Virus record (IMG/VR): IMGVR_UViG_3300047299_000128 | Location: 10,741-74,740 of that record | Length of the DNA stretch: 64,000 bases | Source: a virus | Strand: one strand, 5' to 3' | Part shown: piece by piece, positions 58,493 to 64,000 of the stretch | Layout: every line of letters starts with the position of its first letter | How positions within the stretch are numbered: position 1 is the stretch's first letter | Position numbers and translations under genes: made by a program | Notes under the pieces: generated by a model | The model's input: only the letters and a program-made list of their open reading frames with translations | Database searches by the model: none | What the model was told of the DNA's origin: nothing

Positions 58493-58945
58493 GTGTATCA
58501 CGATTTAAGTCTATGGTATAAAAATACTACAGAAAAGATTTTAGCTTGGCGCGAGTTTAGAGAGCAAGCTAAAGACAAAACACTAGGCGATGTCATCGAG
58601 CTAGTAGACCAATGGTGGACTTTTACACCATGGGTAAAGAAAACAATAGACCCATACAAGCCAGAATCATGGCCCAGTCCGTGGGACATGATTAGCCGCG
58701 GAGAATTTTGCCGCAGTGCTATTGCCCTGGGTCAAGCGTATACACTATGGTTGTGCTTTCCTGCTTCGAATACAGAGCTTTGGTTAGTAAATAATTTTAG
58801 TGAAAAAGACGTACATCTAGTAGTAGTTATTGATAAGAAGACGGTGCTAAATTATACGCTCGGACACGTTATAGACATAGCAGATTGCGATTTTGAAGTA
58901 ATTAGCAAGTTTACCAAAGACAGCATTCCTAACATTAAACTATAA
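58493..58945 (+). CDS. Hypothetical protein, possible transglutaminase-like fold
   Basis: SPWDMI..GEFC...HLVVVID...LNY; late promoter at 58464. Confidence 0.55.
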   Translation: MYHDLSLWYKNTTEKILAWREFREQAKDKTLGDVIELVDQWWTFTPWVKKTIDPYKPESWPSPWDMISRGEFCRSAIALGQAYTLWLCFPASNTELWLVNNFSEKDVHLVVVIDKKTVLNYTLGHVIDIADCDFEVISKFTKDSIPNIKL

Positions 58946-59006
58946 CAGAATTATTATAACTGCAAGTTAAATAGACAACTAAAAGAACAAAAGAGAGATA
59001 GAATAT

Positions 59007-61352
59007 ATGATAACAAGCAAACCTATTACGGTTTTAAAGCGCAACGGAAATTACGAAAACTTGCAAATTGAAAAGTGGCAAGCGCAAGTTGCAAAGGTAT
59101 GCAAGGGTATTGCAGATGTAAGTCAAAGTATGATTGAGATCAAAGCTCAACCTCACTTTTTTAGCGGCATTACAACAAGAGAAATTGATGAAATTACATT
59201 ACGTGCTATTGTTAACCTCATTGATGTAGAGGCAAACCCAGACATTGGACATACCAATTATCAATACGTAGCGGGTAAGCAACGATTGAGCATGCTACGA
59301 AAAGATGTTTATGGCGAATACGAAGTACCGCACATTTATGACATAGTTAAAAAGAATATAGAAGTAGGATTATATACCCCCGAATTGCTACAATGGTATA
59401 CTCGTGCAGATTGGGATCGCATGAATGAAATGCTCGATCACGAAAAAGACGAAGAGTATTCTTATGCTGCCATCGAACAATTGATCGAAAAATATCTAGT
59501 ACGAAATCGTGCTACAAAAGAAACTTATGAAACTCCACAAATTCGATATATGGTCGCGTCCGCTACTATATTTCACAAAGAAGAACCGAATGCAGCCAGA
59601 ATGCGCTACATCAAAGAGTACTACAATGCGGCTAGTGATGGACTTTTCACTCTCGCTACTCCTGTATTGGCTGGCTTGGGGACTCCTACTAAGCAATTCA
59701 GTAGTTGCGTTCTTATCCGCAGCGATGACGACCTTGATAGTATTTTTGCTAGTGGGGAGATGATGGCCAAGTATGCCAGTAAACGTGCTGGCATTGGCTT
59801 AGAGATTGGACGACTACGTTCGCTGGGCTCGCCTATTCGTGGCGGCGAGATTATGCACACGGGTATGGTTCCGTTCTTAAAGAAATGGTTCGGCGATTTA
59901 CGTTCATGCAGCCAAGGCGGCATCCGTAACGCAAGCGCTACTGTATTCTACCCTATTTGGCACCACCAATTTGATGACCTTATTGTTCTTAAAAATAACC
60001 AAGGTACAGATGAGACTCGTGTTAGACATATGGACTATGGAGTTGTGTTAAGTGCGTTCTTTTGGAGACGGTTCAAAAACAACGAAAATATAACATTCTT
60101 TGATCCCAATGAAGTACCCGAGTTATACGAAGCGTTTTATAAAAATACTAAACGGTTTGAAGAACTTTATGTAGAATGCGAAGCACGTACGGATATTCGC
60201 AAAAAGACAATGTCTGCAGAAGAAGTATTCAAGTCTGGCATCCTCAAGGAACGTACAGATACCGGACGTATCTATTTGGTGTTCATCGACAACGTGATGA
60301 ACCAAGGTCCATTTGATCCAGAGTATCATACCATTTATCAAAGTAATCTTTGCTGTGAAATCCTTCTTCCTACAAAGTCTTTCAAGCGTCTTGATGACGA
60401 TAGCGGTCGTATTGCTCTTTGCACTCTCGGCAGTATTAACTGGGGAGCGTTCCGTAATCCAGAAGATATGCGCCGTGCTTGCCGTATCCTGCATCGTAGC
60501 CTTAATAACATTCTTGATTACCAAGATTTCCTAAGTATACAGTCTAAGTTAAGCAACGACGAAATTCGTCCACTAGGCATCGGAGTTACTAATTTAGCAT
60601 ACTGGCACGCTAAACGTAGTTTAAAATACGGTGAGAAAGATGCATTAGCAGAAGTTAAATCGTGGATGGAACACCAAACTTATTATCTAACAGAAATGAG
60701 TGTAGAGCTTGCAGAAGAACGTGGTGCATGCTTGCACAGTGATAAGACTAGATATGGTCAAGGCACATTCCCGTGGGAATTACGTGCAACAGGTGTAAAT
60801 GAACTAACAAACTTTGCGCCCGAATTAGATTGGGAACCACTTCGTGCTAAGATGAAGCAATATGGTGTTAGAAATGCTACAAATGGAGCAATTGCCCCCG
60901 TTGAAAGTTCTAGCGTTGTTATTTCCAGCACTAACGGGATTGAAATGCCGATGAGTTTGATTAGCACCAAAGAATCCAAAGCTGGATCGTTTACTCAGGT
61001 TGTTCCCGAATATAATAATGCCAAAGTTCGTAAAAACTATCAATTGATGTGGGAACAGAAAGATTGTATTGGCTATTTAAAAACAAGTGCAGTATTAGCG
61101 GCATATACAGATCAAAGTATTAGCACTAATACATTTTATAATCCTGCATATTTTGCAGATCGTAAAGTTCCTACTACTCTTATTGCTAAGAACTTAATGT
61201 TAGCACATCGTTGGGGTTTAAAGACTTTCTATTACAGCTTGATTAACAAGCAAGGCGCAAAAGCAGCTCAAGAAGACGAAAATATTATTCATTTAAATGC
61301 AGTTAAAATCGAAGAAGATGATGACGGTGTTTGCGAAAGTTGTGTACTATAA
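59007..61352 (+). CDS. nrdA: Class Ia ribonucleotide reductase alpha subunit
   Basis: ATP cone (VLKRNG); FSSCVL; QSNLCCEI; ALCTL; KTFYY; C-terminal CESC. Confidence 0.97.
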   Translation: MITSKPITVLKRNGNYENLQIEKWQAQVAKVCKGIADVSQSMIEIKAQPHFFSGITTREIDEITLRAIVNLIDVEANPDIGHTNYQYVAGKQRLSMLRKDVYGEYEVPHIYDIVKKNIEVGLYTPELLQWYTRADWDRMNEMLDHEKDEEYSYAAIEQLIEKYLVRNRATKETYETPQIRYMVASATIFHKEEPNAARMRYIKEYYNAASDGLFTLATPVLAGLGTPTKQFSSCVLIRSDDDLDSIFASGEMMAKYASKRAGIGLEIGRLRSLGSPIRGGEIMHTGMVPFLKKWFGDLRSCSQGGIRNASATVFYPIWHHQFDDLIVLKNNQGTDETRVRHMDYGVVLSAFFWRRFKNNENITFFDPNEVPELYEAFYKNTKRFEELYVECEARTDIRKKTMSAEEVFKSGILKERTDTGRIYLVFIDNVMNQGPFDPEYHTIYQSNLCCEILLPTKSFKRLDDDSGRIALCTLGSINWGAFRNPEDMRRACRILHRSLNNILDYQDFLSIQSKLSNDEIRPLGIGVTNLAYWHAKRSLKYGEKDALAEVKSWMEHQTYYLTEMSVELAEERGACLHSDKTRYGQGTFPWELRATGVNELTNFAPELDWEPLRAKMKQYGVRNATNGAIAPVESSSVVISSTNGIEMPMSLISTKESKAGSFTQVVPEYNNAKVRKNYQLMWEQKDCIGYLKTSAVLAAYTDQSISTNTFYNPAYFADRKVPTTLIAKNLMLAHRWGLKTFYYSLINKQGAKAAQEDENIIHLNAVKIEEDDDGVCESCVL

Positions 61353-61750
61353 TGGCTTACAGCGAAAAAGTTGTTGATCACTACGAAAACCCCCGCAACG
61401 TTGGTAAATTTGATATAGATGATACTATCGGCACCGGCATGGTCGGTGCTCCTGCTTGCGGGGATGTGATGAAGTTACAAATCAAAGTAAGCGATGATGG
61501 TATTATTACTGATGCACGGTTTAAAACTTACGGCTGCGGCTCTGCCATTGCAAGTAGTTCGTTGATCACCGAAATGGTCAAAGGTATGACATTAGATCAA
61601 GCCGGTGCAATTAAGAACAGCGAAATTGCCGAAGAGCTAGCGTTGCCGCCCGTGAAAATACATTGTTCGATTTTGGCAGAAGACGCCATCAAAGCAGCCG
61701 TAGAGGATTATAAAAAGAAACATGATAACATTAACCGAAGCGGCGCTTAA
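61352..61750 (+). CDS. iscU: Fe-S cluster scaffold IscU
   Basis: MAYSEKVVDHYENPRNVG; APACGD; GCGSAIASS; LPPVKIHCS. Confidence 0.95.
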   Translation: MAYSEKVVDHYENPRNVGKFDIDDTIGTGMVGAPACGDVMKLQIKVSDDGIITDARFKTYGCGSAIASSSLITEMVKGMTLDQAGAIKNSEIAEELALPPVKIHCSILAEDAIKAAVEDYKKKHDNINRSGA

Positions 61751-62042
61751 AAAAATAAAAACAATGATTGCACGCCGCGGCTCTGGTGTGGGTATTCGTG
61801 TTGGTGTTAAAACTACCGGTTGCTCTGGATTAGCGTATGTGTTAGAATACGTAGATGCAGCGCAAACAGGTGACCAAATAGTCGAATGTAATGGATGCGA
61901 AGTTTATATAGATCCAAAGAGTTGTGCATATTTACAAGGGATGACAATTGATTTTGTTCGCAATGGACTAAATGAAGGATTTGAATTTAAGAACCCCAAC
62001 GAACGAGATCGTTGCGGTTGCGGAGAGAGTTTTAGGATTTAA
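61722..62042 (+). CDS. iscA: A-type Fe-S carrier IscA
   Basis: ITLTEAA; TTGCSGLAY; NPN...CGCGESF. Confidence 0.93.
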   Translation: MITLTEAALKKIKTMIARRGSGVGIRVGVKTTGCSGLAYVLEYVDAAQTGDQIVECNGCEVYIDPKSCAYLQGMTIDFVRNGLNEGFEFKNPNERDRCGCGESFRI

Positions 62043-62044
62043 TA

Positions 62045-63145
62045 ATGAGTAACGAACAATATAATTTAACAACAAAAACAGACTATCTTAATCGAAAGAT
62101 GTTTCTCGACCCCGCAGGTCCGGTCACTATCCAACGTTTTGAAGAAGTAAAATATAAAAAGATTGCAGACTTTGAAACAACTGCACGAGGCTTCTTTTGG
62201 GTCCCTGAGGAAGTTAGTTTAACTAAAGATGCAGGAGACTTTAAGGATGCCAGTGATGCAATTAAGCATATCTTTACTAGCAACTTGTTACGACAAACTG
62301 CATTAGATAGTTATCAAGGACGAGGCCCGACACAAATCTTCTTGCCAGTCGTTAGTTTACCCGAGTTAGAAGCATTGATGCTAAACTGGGGATTCTTTGA
62401 AACAAATATCCATAGTCGCTCGTACAGTCATATTATTCGTAATATTTACAATGTACCAAAGGAGGTATTTAACACTATCCACGATACTAAAGAAATTATT
62501 GACATGGCTTCTAGTATCGGCAAGTATTATGACGCATTACACAAAATAAACAGCTTAAAAGAAATTGGCGGCAACGTTGTAGAGAAAGATCACATCAAGG
62601 CAATTTGGTTAGCACTACATGCAAGCTATGCATTAGAAGCATTCCGCTTTATGGTGTCATTTGCTACAAGTTTGGCAATGGTCGAAAACAAAATCTTCAT
62701 CGGCAACGGTAACATTATTAGTTTGATTTTACAAGACGAATTGCTACACAAAGGCTGGACTGCATATCTAATTAATCAAGTTGTTAAAGAAGACCCCAGG
62801 TTTGCAGCAATTGCTAAAGAATGCCAAGCAGAAGTATACCAGATTTATTTAGAAGTAATACGTGAAGAAAAAGCATGGGCGGATTATTTGTTTAAGATGG
62901 GCCCAGTTATTGGACTAAATGCAAACATTCTAAAAGAGTTCGTTGACTACACTGCACATGGCGCATTAAAGGAAATAGGTATCAAGTATACAGAGCCTGC
63001 ACCTAAAACTACTCCTATTCCTTGGTTTAACAAACATAGCGATACTAGCAAAAAGCAAAGTGCATTGCAAGAAACAGAATCTACAAGTTATGTTATTGGC
63101 GTAATGAGCGACAATATTGATTACGATGAATTACCGGCACTATGA
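62045..63145 (+). CDS. nrdB: Class Ia ribonucleotide reductase beta subunit
   Basis: FFWVPEEV; LDSYQGR; ETNIHSRSY; LEAFRF; DELLH; QETE..SY. Confidence 0.95.
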   Translation: MSNEQYNLTTKTDYLNRKMFLDPAGPVTIQRFEEVKYKKIADFETTARGFFWVPEEVSLTKDAGDFKDASDAIKHIFTSNLLRQTALDSYQGRGPTQIFLPVVSLPELEALMLNWGFFETNIHSRSYSHIIRNIYNVPKEVFNTIHDTKEIIDMASSIGKYYDALHKINSLKEIGGNVVEKDHIKAIWLALHASYALEAFRFMVSFATSLAMVENKIFIGNGNIISLILQDELLHKGWTAYLINQVVKEDPRFAAIAKECQAEVYQIYLEVIREEKAWADYLFKMGPVIGLNANILKEFVDYTAHGALKEIGIKYTEPAPKTTPIPWFNKHSDTSKKQSALQETESTSYVIGVMSDNIDYDELPAL

Positions 63146-63366
63146 GTAAACTTATTAAAGTAAAGCAACATTGGTGCCCGTTGCACGGCACTGATTTAGA
63201 AGGATTTTGCGTAGAGCATTCGGCTACTATCAGGGTCAAGAGCAAAAAATGTGATCACAGGTTTTATTGTGAAAACTTAAAAAAAGAAAAGAGCGAGAAA
63301 GATGAAAATAGAAATTTACACCAAAGATGCGTGCCCGTATTGTGTGCAAGCAAAAAACTTGTTTAA
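63142..63366 (+). CDS. Small Cys/His-rich hypothetical protein
   Basis: ATGA overlap with the nrdB stop; HWCPLH, FCVEH, CDH; 3' end overlaps the glutaredoxin gene. Confidence 0.4.
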   Translation: MSKLIKVKQHWCPLHGTDLEGFCVEHSATIRVKSKKCDHRFYCENLKKEKSEKDENRNLHQRCVPVLCASKKLV

Positions 63367-63538
63367 CAGCAAGGGCTGGGAATACACTGAACATTATATT
63401 GGCACAGACAATAGAGAAGCAATGATTGCAGAAATGGCACAAAGAATAGGCCAAATACCACGCACAGTACCTCAAATTTTTATAGACGATGTAGCCATTG
63501 GCGGTTACACAGATTTAGTAAAATGGACTCAAAAATAA
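63302..63538 (+). CDS. nrdC: Glutaredoxin
   Basis: CPYC; TVPQIFI; IGGYTDL. Confidence 0.92.
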   Translation: MKIEIYTKDACPYCVQAKNLFNSKGWEYTEHYIGTDNREAMIAEMAQRIGQIPRTVPQIFIDDVAIGGYTDLVKWTQK

Positions 63539-63547
63539 GGAAACAAT

Positions 63548-63856
63548 ATGTTAAAAGAAAATAAAATTGGACAAACAGTAAGCATGAAGCTAACAAGCGG
63601 AGATGAAGTAGTTGGAAAAATTGTAGGACAAACCGCAGAAGGATTAAACATTAGTAAGCCTGTTATTCTAGCTGCAAGCCGCGAGGGACTACAGATGATT
63701 CCGTTTATGATGACGGCAAATCCAGACTCTGACTTTTTGTTTAAAACGCAAAATATCATGTGCGTAGCAGACACTAACGACCAAGTAGCAGACGCCTACT
63801 TGGAAAGCACCACCGGTATCAAGCCTGTTAGAAATTCTAGCAGCATTATAGTTTAA
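63548..63856 (+). CDS. Sm/Lsm-like fold hypothetical protein
   Basis: GQTVSMKLTSGDEVVGKI resembles the Sm1 motif. Confidence 0.55.
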   Translation: MLKENKIGQTVSMKLTSGDEVVGKIVGQTAEGLNISKPVILAASREGLQMIPFMMTANPDSDFLFKTQNIMCVADTNDQVADAYLESTTGIKPVRNSSSIIV

Positions 63857-63857
63857 T

Positions 63858-64000
63858 ATGCCAGCAATACACAGACAAGGCGACGCAAACGCAGCAGGAG
63901 CACCTGTTACTAATGTTCCGCAAGGCACCGTGTTTGCCAACGGAAGCCTTGTAAGTGTAAATGGTAGTTCTGTTGCAGATCACGGACGCCGCGCACATGA
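63858..64000 (+). CDS. PAAR-like spike tip protein (3' truncated by window)
   Basis: MPAIHRQGDANAAGAPV...TVFANG..VSVNGSSVADH. Confidence 0.75.
   Translation, partial: MPAIHRQGDANAAGAPVTNVPQGTVFANGSLVSVNGSSVADHGRRAH

Noticed and set aside
28144-63145. Inteins or introns in terL, uvsX, helicase, nrdA or nrdB
   Set aside because: All are of normal length with uninterrupted motifs
1-64000. Stop-codon reassignment
   Set aside because: Core genes are full-length and densely packed under the standard code

Overview
64 kb of a large lytic myovirus (T4-like/jumbo-phage gene content, roughly 38-40% GC by eye, standard genetic code). From left to right: (1) a cluster of long, repeat-rich fibre genes plus a glycosyltransferase (1-12.9 kb); (2) inverted neck/tail-terminator genes gp15/gp14 with a NUDIX hydrolase; (3) an early-promoter island (16.1-19.4 kb) with an HExxH protein and a beta-lactamase-fold hydrolase; (4) a morphogenesis block: gp13, NT5C, dNMP kinase, sheath, tube, gp4, terminase; (5) gp32, uvsX, uvsY; (6) a second early island (34.2-44.1 kb) of promoter-gene cassettes, an AAA ATPase, a subtilisin autotransporter-like protease, an Smr-like protein and a two-gene helicase/methyltransferase R-M-like locus; (7) a replication block: uvsW, clamp-loader-like, Zn-finger, a 187-aa miniature DnaE, primase, helicase; (8) probable head/internal proteins; (9) an exonuclease, then nrdA-iscU-iscA-nrdB-glutaredoxin, an Sm-like protein and a partial PAAR gene. 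Two promoter classes can be read directly: sigma70-type TTGACACAAATT-N11-TATAAT (early) and T4-like (T/G)ATAAATA (late). Several late promoters sit inside RBS-sequestering hairpins and many promoters appear to give leaderless mRNAs. No tRNA, CRISPR array, reverse transcriptase, integrase or intein was recognised. All functional calls come from motif recognition by eye; no database searches were run.
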